A stretch of DNA of 59,503 bases from Oscillospiraceae bacterium (GCA_015064245.1 SVSQ01000002.1:1-59503), one strand, 5' to 3'. Positions 38,753 through 50,339 are shown, counted from the first letter of the stretch. Numbers and translations: made by a program. Notes: generated by a model from the letters alone, not told the origin.

Positions 38753-38887
38753 TTAGATTTCAAACTGAAAAAATGAACAATATGAACATTTAAATGTTTG
38801 ATATAACCATTTTACCATAGAATTATTAAGAGAAATACAAGCTTGTATTAACAAAATATAAAATGAATATACTTTTTTACAGGAAAT

Positions 38888-40162
38888 TTATTCTATGAAA
38901 TCAAATTCAAAATCGTAAATGCTTACAGTCTTGCCCTCTCCGCAGCCTGCCTTTTCAAGGGCGTCTATAACGCCGTTGTCTCTCAGTACCTTCTGAAAAT
39001 ACATAAGCGATTCGCGGTCGGCAAAATTGATGGTTCCCATAAATTTATAAAGCCAATCTGCCTCGACCTCGTAAACGCCGTTGACGTTTCTGATAGTAAC
39101 GGACTTGTCCTTGGGATCGTAAGCTTCTTCCTCGACGATCTCCTTTTCATATATAGTAAGGGGAGGGAGGAAGCGCAGACGCTCGGAAACAAGATGCACA
39201 AGAGTATCAACGTTCTCGCCCGTTGCGGCAGATATATAAACCAGCTCGTATCCCTTTTCATCGATATACTTTTCAAATTCATCAAGATCGACCAGGTCGG
39301 GATCGTGTATATCATACTTATTAGCCGCGATAATGCGCGGACGGTTTGCAAGCTCGGGACTGTACTTTTCAAGCTCAGCGGAAATAGTTTCCATATCTCC
39401 GATGGGATCAACGCTCTCATATCCCGAGATGTCAACCACGTGGATAAGCATACGGCATCTGTCTATGTGGCGAAGGAAGTCAAGACCGAGTCCCGCGCCA
39501 TCTGACGCGCCTTCAATAAGTCCTGGAATATCCGCGCAGACAAATCCCTGATTTCCTGCCATGTTTACTACGCCTAAATTGGGCGTGAGCGTAGTGAAGT
39601 GATACGCCGCTATCTTTGGTCTTGCGGCGCTGATCGCGGCGAGAAGAGAGGATTTTCCTGCGCTGGGAAGACCTACGAGTCCAACGTCTGCCAGCATTTT
39701 AAGCTCCAGTATTACCTCACGCTCTTCGCCCTGAGTACCCGCCTTTGCAAAACGCGGGATCTGTCTGGTGGGAGTTGCGAAATGTCTGTTGCCCCAGCCG
39801 CCTCTGCCGCCTTTGCAAAGGATGTAGTCCTCGCAATCCGACATATCCTTAATTATTTTTCCTGTTTCCGCGTCACGAACGACAGTACCTTCGGGGATCA
39901 TAAGGATTATATCCTCGGCGTTTGCGCCGTGCATTTTGCCGTTCATTCCGTCAGCGCCGTTCGATGCCACGAACTTTCTGCGGTTCTTGTAGGCAAAAAG
40001 AGTGTTCGAGCCCTTATCTATTCTGAGAACGATATTTCCGCCCTTTCCGCCGTCACCGCCGTCGGGACCGCCGTGTGAAACGTATTTTTCTCTGTGAAAG
40101 GAAACACAGCCGTTTCCGCCGTTTCCCGCTTTAACGAATATTTTTACTTTATCTATAAACAT
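38888..40162 (-). CDS. obg: GTPase Obg
   Basis: MFIDKVKIFVKAGNGGNG, GGPDGGDGGKGG, GLPSAGKSS, C-terminal OCT domain; ATG at 40162 preferred over 40174. Confidence 0.95.
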   Translation of the reverse strand: MFIDKVKIFVKAGNGGNGCVSFHREKYVSHGGPDGGDGGKGGNIVLRIDKGSNTLFAYKNRRKFVASNGADGMNGKMHGANAEDIILMIPEGTVVRDAETGKIIKDMSDCEDYILCKGGRGGWGNRHFATPTRQIPRFAKAGTQGEEREVILELKMLADVGLVGLPSAGKSSLLAAISAARPKIAAYHFTTLTPNLGVVNMAGNQGFVCADIPGLIEGASDGAGLGLDFLRHIDRCRMLIHVVDISGYESVDPIGDMETISAELEKYSPELANRPRIIAANKYDIHDPDLVDLDEFEKYIDEKGYELVYISAATGENVDTLVHLVSERLRFLPPLTIYEKEIVEEEAYDPKDKSVTIRNVNGVYEVEADWLYKFMGTINFADRESLMYFQKVLRDNGVIDALEKAGCGEGKTVSIYDFEFDFIE

Positions 40163-40307
40163 ATATATGACCATTCCTTTCTTACACCAAATAGCGTTTT
40201 GCTACGTTTTGCCAAATGGCAAATTTGAGCTATGATCTACGGCTAAAAAGGCACAAAATGCGTGTTTGAAAATTTATTTTCAAACATACTCCAAATGCTT
40301 TTAAAAG

Positions 40308-42290
<1,983 letters not shown>

Positions 42291-42344
42291 TCAGATATTT
42301 TGATATAAATATATTATAACACAGGTTTATAAAAAAATCAAGTG

Positions 42345-42374
42345 AAAAATAAAAGGTGCAACGAGCGTTGCACC
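42345..42374 (-). terminator. intrinsic terminator after rplA
   Basis: Minus strand GGTGCAACGCTCGTTGCACC (42355-42374) followed by TTTTATTTTT. Confidence 0.8.
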
Positions 42375-42392
42375 AGATATTATTAAGTTTGA

Positions 42393-43085
42393 TTAGCCGC
42401 CGATCTTTGTAGCGTTGATCTTGATGCCGGGGCCCATTGTAGATGCGATAACGCAGCTCTTAATGTACTGACCCTTAGCAGCAGCAGGTTTAGCCTTGAT
42501 GATAGCGCCCATAAGAGTATTGAAGTTCTCAGCGAGCTTTTCAGCGCCGAAGGAAGCCTTACCGATGGGGCAGTGGATGATGTTGGTCTTGTCGAGACGG
42601 TACTCGATCTTACCTGCCTTAGCCTCGTTTACTGCACGAGCTACATCCATTGTAACAGTACCAGCCTTAGGGTTAGGCATAAGTCCCTTAGGACCGAGAA
42701 CCTTACCAAGACGACCGATAACACCCATCATATCGGGAGTTGCGATAACAACGTCGAATTCGAACCAGTTTTCCTTTGTGATCTTTTCAACGAAGTCAGC
42801 GCCGCCAACGTAGTCAGCGCCAGCCTCTTTAGCAGCTGCGTAGAGGTTTTCCTTACAGAAAACGAGTGTACGAACAGTCTTACCTGTACCGTTGGGAAGA
42901 ACAACAGCGCCTCTGACCTGCTGGTCAGCGTGACGGGAGTCAACACCGAGACGAACGTGAAGCTCGATAGTCTCGTCGAACTTAGCCTTAGCTGTCTGGC
43001 AAACGAGAGCGAGCGCGTCAGCAGAATCATACTGCTTGTTCTTTTCAATAAGCATTAAGCTTTCTTTGTACTTTTTGTTAGCCAT
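42393..43085 (-). CDS. rplA: 50S ribosomal protein L1
   Basis: 230 aa; [23 protein letters not shown]. Confidence 0.95.
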   Translation of the reverse strand: MANKKYKESLMLIEKNKQYDSADALALVCQTAKAKFDETIELHVRLGVDSRHADQQVRGAVVLPNGTGKTVRTLVFCKENLYAAAKEAGADYVGGADFVEKITKENWFEFDVVIATPDMMGVIGRLGKVLGPKGLMPNPKAGTVTMDVARAVNEAKAGKIEYRLDKTNIIHCPIGKASFGAEKLAENFNTLMGAIIKAKPAAAKGQYIKSCVIASTMGPGIKINATKIGG

Positions 43086-43101
43086 TTCTATTTACCTCCA
43101 A

Positions 43102-43527
43102 TCACTCTTCAACTGTGATACCCATGGAACGAGCTGTTCCTGCGATCATGCTCATAGCTGCCTCGATAGAAGCTGCGTTGAGGTCGGGCATCTTTGTTTC
43201 AGCGATCTGACGAACCTGCTCTTTTGTGAGCTGAGCTACCTTAGTCTTGTTAGGAGCAGCGGAAGCTGTCTCGATTCCGCAAGCCTTCTTAATAAGAACG
43301 GGAGCCGGAGGTGTCTTTGTGATGAATGTGAAGGAACGGTCTGCGTAAACAGTAATTACAACAGGGATAATAAGACCGATCTGATTCTTGGTTCTTTCGT
43401 TGAATTCCTTTGTAAAGTTAGGAATGGAAACACCGTGCTGACCGAGCGCGGGTCCGATAGGGGGCTGGGGTGTTGCTTTACCTGCCGGGATCTGCAGTTT
43501 AATATACCCGGTAATTTTCTTTGCCAT
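43102..43527 (-). CDS. rplK: 50S ribosomal protein L11
   Basis: 141 aa; [24 protein letters not shown]. Confidence 0.95.
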   Translation of the reverse strand: MAKKITGYIKLQIPAGKATPQPPIGPALGQHGVSIPNFTKEFNERTKNQIGLIIPVVITVYADRSFTFITKTPPAPVLIKKACGIETASAAPNKTKVAQLTKEQVRQIAETKMPDLNAASIEAAMSMIAGTARSMGITVEE

Positions 43528-43637
43528 GTCTTTAATCCTCCATGTGGTTATTTTTTGATTCGGAAGAATTTAATCTTCCTCCCACTTAATTTACAGTTAT
43601 ATGAACTCTGTAGAAACTTAATTATTTTTTTGAAATA

Positions 43638-44165
43638 TCAATCTACGCGCTTGATCTGGTTTGATTTAAGATCAACGGGCGTATTTCTTCCGAACATAGA
43701 AGCAAGCACCTTAACGGTCTTTTTGTCATCGGATATGGACTGAACCACACCTGTATAACCTGCAAGAGGTCCGTCGGTGATAGTAACGGAGTCGCCAACC
43801 TCGTAGTCGAGCGTAACGACCGATACCTCAATACCGATTCTTGCTACTTCTTCATCTGTAAGCGGAACAGGCTTTGATCCGGGGCCGACGAAACCGGTAA
43901 CACCTGTAATATTTCTGACGACGTGCCAGTTGGCATCGTTCATAAGCATCTTCACCAGAACGTAGCTGGGCAGAAGCTTGCTTTCGACCTTTTTTTCGCC
44001 CTCTTCTCTGATTTCGAGAGGGATTCGGATATCGACTATCTCATCCTGGATACCGCGGTTTTCGATAATCTTTTCCAAACTTGCTTTGACCTTGTTTTCG
44101 TATCCCGAGTAAGTATGAACTACATACCAGTGTATCTCGGGGATAGCATCGCTGAAATCACTCAT
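43638..44165 (-). CDS. nusG: transcription termination/antitermination factor NusG
   Basis: 175 aa; WYVVHTYSGYENKVK NGN domain, C-terminal KOW (GDSVTITDGPLAGYTGVV). Confidence 0.95.
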   Translation of the reverse strand: MSDFSDAIPEIHWYVVHTYSGYENKVKASLEKIIENRGIQDEIVDIRIPLEIREEGEKKVESKLLPSYVLVKMLMNDANWHVVRNITGVTGFVGPGSKPVPLTDEEVARIGIEVSVVTLDYEVGDSVTITDGPLAGYTGVVQSISDDKKTVKVLASMFGRNTPVDLKSNQIKRVD

Positions 44166-44181
44166 TACAAATCACCTTTAA

Positions 44182-44523
44182 TTAAAAGAGATTGGCAAGA
44201 CCTTCAAGTCCCATAGAGAAGAGAACGTCAAGAACACCGATGACTGCCGCTGAAATACCCATTACAACAAGAACCAGAAGTGTGCTGAGAACTGTCTGTT
44301 GACGGCTGTACCATGTGATCTTTTTGAGCTCGCTCTTCATTGTTTTCCAAAACTTTTTAAGCTTTGCTCCGAGTCTTGCGAAGAACCCGGGACCTTTGCT
44401 CTTTTCGGATTTCTTTTCTTTCTTAGATTCCTTTACCTCGGATACCTCTTCCTTAACTTCGCTTTCAACGACTTCGGATTCGATCTCCTCGGAAGTAACC
44501 TTCTTTTCCTTATCCGACATCAC
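44182..44523 (-). CDS. secE: preprotein translocase subunit SecE with ~55-aa charged N-terminal extension
   Basis: C-terminal ELKKITWYSRQQT + single TM matches SecE. Position between rpmG and nusG. AAGGAGG RBS 6-9 nt before GTG 44523 / ATG 44520. Confidence 0.8.
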   Translation of the reverse strand: MMSDKEKKVTSEEIESEVVESEVKEEVSEVKESKKEKKSEKSKGPGFFARLGAKLKKFWKTMKSELKKITWYSRQQTVLSTLLVLVVMGISAAVIGVLDVLFSMGLEGLANLF

Positions 44524-44534
44524 TAAACCCCTCC

Positions 44535-44684
44535 TTACTTAGTTTCTTTGTGGGGAGTGTGCTTGCGGCAAAAACGACAGTACTTGCTCATTTCAAGTCT
44601 GTCAGGATCGTTTTTCTTATTCTTTGTGGTATCATAATTGCGCTGCTTGCATTCCGAACAAGCCAATGTAACCTTAACTCTCAC
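44535..44684 (-). CDS. rpmG: 50S ribosomal protein L33 (49 aa; below the ORF-track cutoff)
   Basis: GTG start after GGAGGTG. Manual translation [49 protein letters not shown] with the two CxxC pairs. Confidence 0.9.
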   Translation of the reverse strand: MRVKVTLACSECKQRNYDTTKNKKNDPDRLEMSKYCRFCRKHTPHKETK

Positions 44685-44791
44685 TTGGTTGCACCTCCTG
44701 AATTTTGATTCGATACGGTATATACCGTTCTTTTCTCCCTCAACGGAGAAAAATCAGCACACAAAAAAAGCCTCTCCGCAGAGGTATTTCT

Positions 44792-44820
44792 ATTATAACA
44801 TATACATTTTCGAATGTCAA
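44792..44820 (-). promoter_or_regulatory. consensus sigma-A promoter of the rpmG-secE-nusG cluster
   Basis: Minus strand TTGACA (44815-44820), 17-nt spacer, TATAAT (44792-44797). Confidence 0.7.
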
Positions 44821-44894
44821 GAACAATTTTTGTCTTATAATTTATTTTACTTTTTGATAACAATTAGTTAATATTTGTCGTTAATATTTGGCTA

Positions 44895-44923
44895 TTGATT
44901 TATTCATAAAAGTATGATATGAT
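44895..44923 (+). promoter_or_regulatory. sigma-A type promoter of the glycosyltransferase gene
   Basis: TTGATT (44895-44900), 17-nt spacer, TATGAT (44918-44923). Confidence 0.5.
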
Positions 44924-44954
44924 AATAATACTGAATTTATTTAGGAGAAACATA

Positions 44955-46058
44955 GTGAAAACACTTATACTAACCGTATCAACAGGCCAGGGACATAATT
45001 CCACCGCTTCTGCTATTCATTCCTACCTTACTGCGTCCGGCAGTGAATGCAGAACCCTTGACGCTTGTTATTATGTAAATAAAATACTCGGCTTTACAGT
45101 TTCAAAGGGATACATGCTGTCCGTTGATTCTTTTTCAAAAAGCTACGCGAATATCTACGAAAAGCTGGAGAAGAGAAGACCTTCCAAGAGGCTTACAAAA
45201 TCCGCGGCATTTAACGTCGTAGCTTCAAAGCTCAGAGACTATATAAATGATTACGAGCCGGACGTCGTTGTATGCACGCATATTTTTGCCGCGCTTGCGG
45301 TCGAGAATCTCCTGCAGAAACATCAGATAAGCTGCAAGACGATCGGTATAGTCACAGATTTCACCATCCATCCGTATTGGGAAGACGTAACGAACTTTGA
45401 TTACATCGTTTTCCCCTCCGAGCGTCTTGCCTGGCAGTGCAGAAAGAAAGGCTTTAAACCCTCTCAGATGCTGCCGTTCGGTATTCCGATAAACCCTAAA
45501 TTTTCAACTAAGGTAGATAAAAAAACGGCGAGAGAGAGACTTTGCCTATATCCTGATGTGCCGACGATAACGGTTATGAGCGGAAGTATGTGCTACGGCG
45601 GTCTCACCAATACGGTCAAGAAGCTTGATAAACTGAAAAAATGCTTCCAGATCATAGCCGTCTGCGGTTCATCTGAAGAGGAGTTCAATAAGCTGACCAA
45701 GGCGAATTTCAAGCATAAGGTCTTAAAGCTTGGATACACGGACAAAATAAGCCTTATAATGGACGCCTCCGACTGTATCTTAACCAAGCCCGGTGGACTT
45801 TCGACCTCGGAAGCATTGGCAAAAGGTCTTCCTATGATACTTACTACGCCCATTCCCGGACATGAAGAGAGAAACCTCACCTTCCTTCTCAACAGCGGAG
45901 CGGCTATGGCGGTATCGGATAACTGTCCTGTTGAAGAGATAGTCTGGCAGTTCCTTTCCGACGAAGTTATAAGAAAAGATATGTCTGAGGCGGCAAAAAA
46001 ACTGGGGAAGCCCAATGCCGTTAAAACTCTTGGTGATTTTATAATGAAACTGAAATAA
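44955..46058 (+). CDS. MGDG-synthase-family diacylglycerol glycosyltransferase (UgtP-like)
   Basis: GTG at 44955 after AGGAGA; LILTVSTGQGHNS N-terminal motif and C-terminal GT28-type KPGGLSTSEALA. Confidence 0.75.
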   Translation: MKTLILTVSTGQGHNSTASAIHSYLTASGSECRTLDACYYVNKILGFTVSKGYMLSVDSFSKSYANIYEKLEKRRPSKRLTKSAAFNVVASKLRDYINDYEPDVVVCTHIFAALAVENLLQKHQISCKTIGIVTDFTIHPYWEDVTNFDYIVFPSERLAWQCRKKGFKPSQMLPFGIPINPKFSTKVDKKTARERLCLYPDVPTITVMSGSMCYGGLTNTVKKLDKLKKCFQIIAVCGSSEEEFNKLTKANFKHKVLKLGYTDKISLIMDASDCILTKPGGLSTSEALAKGLPMILTTPIPGHEERNLTFLLNSGAAMAVSDNCPVEEIVWQFLSDEVIRKDMSEAAKKLGKPNAVKTLGDFIMKLK

Positions 46059-46064
46059 AATATT

Positions 46065-46094
46065 AAAAAGCCACGCTTTGTGCGTGGCTTTTTT
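46065..46094. terminator. bidirectional intrinsic terminator
   Basis: AAAAAGCCACGC / GCGTGGCTTTTTT. Confidence 0.85.
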
Positions 46095-46104
46095 ACTTTA
46101 AAAA

Positions 46105-47901
46105 TTATTCTTCTTCCTTTGTAACAGCTATTGAAAGCTCGTTCAGAGCCTTATTATCTGCAGGAGCGGGAGCGCCTGTCATAAGCTCTGACGCGTTCTG
46201 GACCTTCGGGAAGGCGATAACGTCGCGGATATCGTCTATGCCGAGAAGGAGAGAGACGAGACGGTCAAGACCGAATGCAAGACCTGCGTGAGGCGGTGCG
46301 CCGTAGCGGTAAGCTTCGAGCAGGAATCCGAACTTTTCCTCGTATTCTTCCTTTTCCATACCGAGTACGGAGAACATCTTCTGCTGTACCTCGGGAATAT
46401 TGATACGAACGGAGCCGCCGCCCGCTTCCATACCGTTGATAACGATATCGTAAGCAATAGCGCGGACTCTGCCGGGATCGCTGTCAAGATGTTGAATATC
46501 CTCTTCCATAGGCATGGTAAAGGGGTGATGCTTTGCGTAGTATCTGCCGTCCTCCTCGGAATACTCGAGGAGCGGGAACTCTGTTATCCAGAGCATCTTG
46601 TAATCGCCGGGCTCAATAACGTCCATTCTGAACGCAACCTCGCGGCGAAGAGCGCCGAGAGAATCGAATACGACTTCATTCTTAGCGTCACCGACGATAA
46701 GGAGAAGGTCTCCGTTCTGAACGCCCATGAAATCAAGAATTGCCTTATTTTCGTCTTCTGTAAGGAATTTTGCGTAAGAAGAGGAGAATGTGCCGTCCTC
46801 TGCAAGCTTGTACCACGCAAGTCCCTTAGCTCTGTATGTCTTTACGAATTCACCGAGAGAGTCGATCTCTTTTCTGGAGAACTTAGAGCCGCCCTCGATC
46901 TTGATAGCGCGTACGGAACCACCGGCTTCTACTGCGCCTGTGAATACCTTGAAACCGCAGTCCTTAACGATATCGGAAATGTTCTTAAGCTCATAGCCAA
47001 AACGAAGGTCAGGCTTGTCCGAGCCGAAGCGCTCCATAGCTTCAGCGTAAGTCATGCGGGGAAGGGGAGTCTCGATATCCTTTCCGAGGAAATCCTTGAA
47101 GACTCTCTTGAGGAAGCCTTCGTTGATCGCGATAACGTCATCCTGAGTAACGAAGGAAAGCTCCTCGTCGATCTGAGTGAATTCGGGCTGTCGGTCAGCT
47201 CTGAGGTCCTCGTCCCTGTAGCATCTTGCGATCTGGATGTATCTGTCAAATCCGGAGAGCATAAGAAGCTGCTTATAAAGCTGAGGAGACTGAGGAAGAG
47301 CGTAGAATGAGCCGGGATGAACACGAGAGGGAACGAGATAGTCTCTTGCTCCTTCGGGTGTGGGCTTAACGAGGTTCGGTGTCTCTATCTCGATAAAGCC
47401 CTGCTCTTCAAAATAGTCGCGGGTTATCTTTGTGATCTTGCTTCTTGCGATTATGTTCTGCTGCATATCGGGACGGCGAAGGTCAAGATATCTGTGCTTA
47501 AGACGAAGCTCAGGCTTAACGTCGCTCTTTTTAACGATAGCGAAGGGAGGAGTCTGAGCTGCGGAAAGGACCTTTAGCTCCTTGACTGCGATCTCGACCT
47601 CACCCGTAGGAAGATTGGGGTTTACAGCGCCCTCTCCGCGCGCGCGGACCGTACCCTTAGCGCAGAGAACGAACTCGGAGCGCACCTTGAAAGCGGTGTT
47701 ATATACTTCTTTGGGAGTATTTTCGTCAAAAGCGAGCTGAACTATACCTGTTCTGTCGCGGAGATCTATAAATATAAGACTGCCGAGGTCTCTCTGTCTC
47801 TGACACCATCCCATGACGCATACGTCAGTTCCGATATCAGCGGATGTATACAGACCGCAGTATTTGGTTCTTTTATCTGTACTGCTGAGAAATTCTGCCA
47901 T
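46105..47901 (-). CDS. aspS: aspartate--tRNA ligase
   Basis: 598 aa; class II motifs FYALPQSPQ, CYRDEDLRADRQPEFTQ, GLAFGLDR. Confidence 0.95.
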   Translation of the reverse strand: MAEFLSSTDKRTKYCGLYTSADIGTDVCVMGWCQRQRDLGSLIFIDLRDRTGIVQLAFDENTPKEVYNTAFKVRSEFVLCAKGTVRARGEGAVNPNLPTGEVEIAVKELKVLSAAQTPPFAIVKKSDVKPELRLKHRYLDLRRPDMQQNIIARSKITKITRDYFEEQGFIEIETPNLVKPTPEGARDYLVPSRVHPGSFYALPQSPQLYKQLLMLSGFDRYIQIARCYRDEDLRADRQPEFTQIDEELSFVTQDDVIAINEGFLKRVFKDFLGKDIETPLPRMTYAEAMERFGSDKPDLRFGYELKNISDIVKDCGFKVFTGAVEAGGSVRAIKIEGGSKFSRKEIDSLGEFVKTYRAKGLAWYKLAEDGTFSSSYAKFLTEDENKAILDFMGVQNGDLLLIVGDAKNEVVFDSLGALRREVAFRMDVIEPGDYKMLWITEFPLLEYSEEDGRYYAKHHPFTMPMEEDIQHLDSDPGRVRAIAYDIVINGMEAGGGSVRINIPEVQQKMFSVLGMEKEEYEEKFGFLLEAYRYGAPPHAGLAFGLDRLVSLLLGIDDIRDVIAFPKVQNASELMTGAPAPADNKALNELSIAVTKEEE

Positions 47902-47917
47902 TTTATTTTACCTGTCC

Positions 47918-49174
47918 TTACTTTAATATATTTATAAGTTCGTTTATATCTGAAAGAGATATCTCGCTCTGCTCGCCGTTCTGCATATTTCTGAGCTGAG
48001 CTTTGCCGCTCTCAAGCTCACCGTCACCGACGATAAGGGTATTCTGAGCGTTTATCTTATTTGCGTACTTCATCTGAGCCTTGAGGCTTCTGCCGACTAT
48101 ATCAGTCTCAGCAGAAATGCCTTCGTTGCGAAGAAGCGCGCATATTTCGGTAGCCTTTACGGAAGCTTTTTCTCCGAGAGCCGCGATATAGAGCGGAACG
48201 GAGCTTTCTTCTTCCTTATACGCGGAACCGTTCTCCATGGTAAGGATAAGGCGGTTGATTCCTGCTGCAAATCCTATTCCCGCAAGCTCGGGACCGCCGA
48301 TCTGTTTAACGAGACCGTCGTATCTGCCGCCTCCGCAGACTGTGCTCTGAGCGCCGATACCTTCGCTGATAAACTCAAATACCGTTCTCGAATAGTAGTC
48401 AAGTCCTCTTACGATATGGGAATCCACCTCATACTTGATGCCGATAGCGTCCAGTCTTGCTTTAAGACCTTCAAAATGCTCGGAGCACTCAGTACAAAGG
48501 CTGTCGATAGTCTTTGGAGCGTCCGCCGCGATCTTAGAGCAGATGGGGCTCTTACAGTCAAGAATACGGAGAGGGTTTGAAAGAAGTCTTGATTTGCAAG
48601 TATCGCAAAGCTCATCCTGATTAGCTGAAAAATACTCGACGAGAGCCGCCTTGTACTGAGGACGGCAGCTAGGACAGCCGATTGAATTGATGTGAAGGGA
48701 AGTGTTTGTAATTCCCAGCTCCTTCAAAAAATCGTCTGCAAGTGAGATAAGCTCTGTATCAGCCGTAGGAGTAGTAGCTCCGAAGAGCTCCGCGCCAAAT
48801 TGGTAAAACTCGCGGTATCTGCCCGCCTGAGGTCTTTCATGACGGAAGCAGTTTATGATATAGAACAGCTTGAGGGGCATGGTATCGCCTGCAAGTCCGT
48901 TTTCAATAACGGAACGTGCAACGCTGGCCGTACCCTCGGGACGAAGCGAATAACTGGTGCCGTCCCTGTCTATAAAAGTATACATTTCCTTCTGAACGAC
49001 GTCTGTAGTATCGCCGACGCCTCTTGAGAAAAGGCATGTCTCTTCAAACGTAGGGAATCTGATCTCCCCGAATCCGCGCTTTTTACATACTTTTCTCGCA
49101 GCTTTTTCAATAAACTCCCATTTTTTAGAATCCTTTGGGAGAATATCCATTGTTCCTCTTGGTTTCTGAATCAT
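47918..49174 (-). CDS. hisS: histidine--tRNA ligase
   Basis: 418 aa; PRGTMD, LRPEGT, CGGGRYD. Confidence 0.95.
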   Translation of the reverse strand: MIQKPRGTMDILPKDSKKWEFIEKAARKVCKKRGFGEIRFPTFEETCLFSRGVGDTTDVVQKEMYTFIDRDGTSYSLRPEGTASVARSVIENGLAGDTMPLKLFYIINCFRHERPQAGRYREFYQFGAELFGATTPTADTELISLADDFLKELGITNTSLHINSIGCPSCRPQYKAALVEYFSANQDELCDTCKSRLLSNPLRILDCKSPICSKIAADAPKTIDSLCTECSEHFEGLKARLDAIGIKYEVDSHIVRGLDYYSRTVFEFISEGIGAQSTVCGGGRYDGLVKQIGGPELAGIGFAAGINRLILTMENGSAYKEEESSVPLYIAALGEKASVKATEICALLRNEGISAETDIVGRSLKAQMKYANKINAQNTLIVGDGELESGKAQLRNMQNGEQSEISLSDINELINILK

Positions 49175-49302
49175 TATTATGTCCGTTCCTTATATTTTTC
49201 TTCATTAAAGAGATTACATTTTGCTATATACAATATATAATATACTAAAAATTACTATTTGTAAAGAGTTTTTTTAATATTTTTTGTAAATTATCTTAAA
49301 TT

Positions 49303-49340
49303 AATAATAAAAAGACCGCTTTTATACAGATAAGCGGTCT
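49303..49340 (-). terminator. intrinsic terminator after spoIIIAG
   Basis: Minus strand AGACCGCT..AGCGGTCT hairpin (49313-49340) followed by TTTTTATTATT. Confidence 0.8.
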
Positions 49341-49350
49341 GATTTTGCCT

Positions 49351-49827
49351 TCAAGAAGCTCTTATAACGGATATTCGGTTCGTTCCGACGTTAAATAAAG
49401 CTGACAGCGTCGTTATCATCTGCTGCTTCAATTCCTCGCTTTCATAGTTACACACCACGGCGATCCCGCGTACAGTCGCGGTAATTTCGGTAAGCTTTAC
49501 CGTTGACTGATTTCCCGACGAATCGGTCAGGATGACGTAATCATAATTCGCTCCTTCAGTTGCGTATACGTTTTCCTTGCTGTTATCAATGGTAATTACC
49601 ACCGCAACGTCTGATACACCGCCTATCTTCTCAAGAAAGCCCGATATTTTATTCTCCAGACGCTCGGTGTATATCTCAAGCTCGTTCGAAGAATAGACAG
49701 ATCCGTCGGCTTCGGTTGCTTTTTTTTCGCTATTACCGACCTCTCCGTAAAATATCAGCGCTCCTCCTACAAGTATTCCGAGTATTACTATAATAACGTT
49801 TTTATTCTTAAAAATGCTCTTAAACAT
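49351..49827 (-). CDS. spoIIIAG: stage III sporulation protein AG
   Basis: N-terminal TM. YTERLENKISGFLEKIGGVSDVAVVI and VRGIAVVCNY...RISVI parallel the B. subtilis SpoIIIAG ring-forming domain. Operon position. Confidence 0.75.
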   Translation of the reverse strand: MFKSIFKNKNVIIVILGILVGGALIFYGEVGNSEKKATEADGSVYSSNELEIYTERLENKISGFLEKIGGVSDVAVVITIDNSKENVYATEGANYDYVILTDSSGNQSTVKLTEITATVRGIAVVCNYESEELKQQMITTLSALFNVGTNRISVIRAS

Positions 49828-49848
49828 ACTTAAGTTTCTTCCTTAAAT

Positions 49849-50331
49849 TTATTTAATTATAACGGTACAGCCGCATCCGAGCATATCAGCCACGTATCTT
49901 GAAATATCTGCAGATATATCCGAATGCGCCTTTTCTAAGGTTACGGTAACGCTCTTTATTACTATATTCTGTGGTTCGTCGTTATTTACCGTTACCGAGA
50001 CCTTCAGGTCATCCTCCGGAATACAGTATCTTGAGCATATCACGCTTTTAACGCTTTTGCAAATACCGACGGAAACATGATTTACGTATTCGTCAGATGG
50101 ATCGTTGCTCTCGTCGGATATCTCGGGCGCGTTTGGCTGTTCAGTATTTATAAGCTCAGCGACAGCGCAGTACAGCGGCATAAAAGCCCGTATCATATAC
50201 GCGATAACTATTATAGAGCATATAAAACGTACAGATTGATAAAGATTGGTCTTATAAAAGAGCATCGTAAGCAGAGAGCAGGCGATGCATACGGTTATAA
50301 GAGCTTTGCTCAAATCAAAAAGATCATCCAT
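49849..50331 (-). CDS. spoIIIAF: stage III sporulation protein AF
   Basis: ATG at 50331 (MDDLFDLSKALITV...), two N-terminal TMs, operon position; the upstream part of the track ORF overlaps spoIIIAE. Confidence 0.7.
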   Translation of the reverse strand: MDDLFDLSKALITVCIACSLLTMLFYKTNLYQSVRFICSIIVIAYMIRAFMPLYCAVAELINTEQPNAPEISDESNDPSDEYVNHVSVGICKSVKSVICSRYCIPEDDLKVSVTVNNDEPQNIVIKSVTVTLEKAHSDISADISRYVADMLGCGCTVIIK

Positions 50332-50339
50332 ATTCTTAA

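Noticed and set aside
40200-40290. Palindromes TTTGCCA-aa-TGGCAAA (40208-40223) and GTTTGAAAAT..ATTTTCAAAC (40264-40285) between ligA and obg
   Set aside because: The second is most simply the AT-rich ligA terminator hairpin. The first is short and unsupported by any other copy in the window.
43528-43637. L1/L11-operon autoregulatory leader upstream of rplK
   Set aside because: A GGGAGGAAGA..TCTTCC hairpin is present, but I cannot verify the L1-binding mimic by eye. It is left unannotated.
43036-43743. 235-aa + strand ORF spanning rplA/rplK/nusG on the opposite strand
   Set aside because: It is antisense to three universally conserved genes and its sequence is Cys/Leu-rich nonsense.
46288-47310. 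340-aa + strand ORF antisense to aspS
   Set aside because: It is a shadow ORF opposite a highly conserved aminoacyl-tRNA synthetase gene.
49175-49302. T-box leader upstream of hisS-aspS
   Set aside because: Only about 130 nt of very AT-rich sequence lies between the spoIIIAG terminator and the hisS start. There is no specifier hairpin, T-box sequence or terminator/antiterminator, only a plausible promoter (TTTACA-17-TATTAT).
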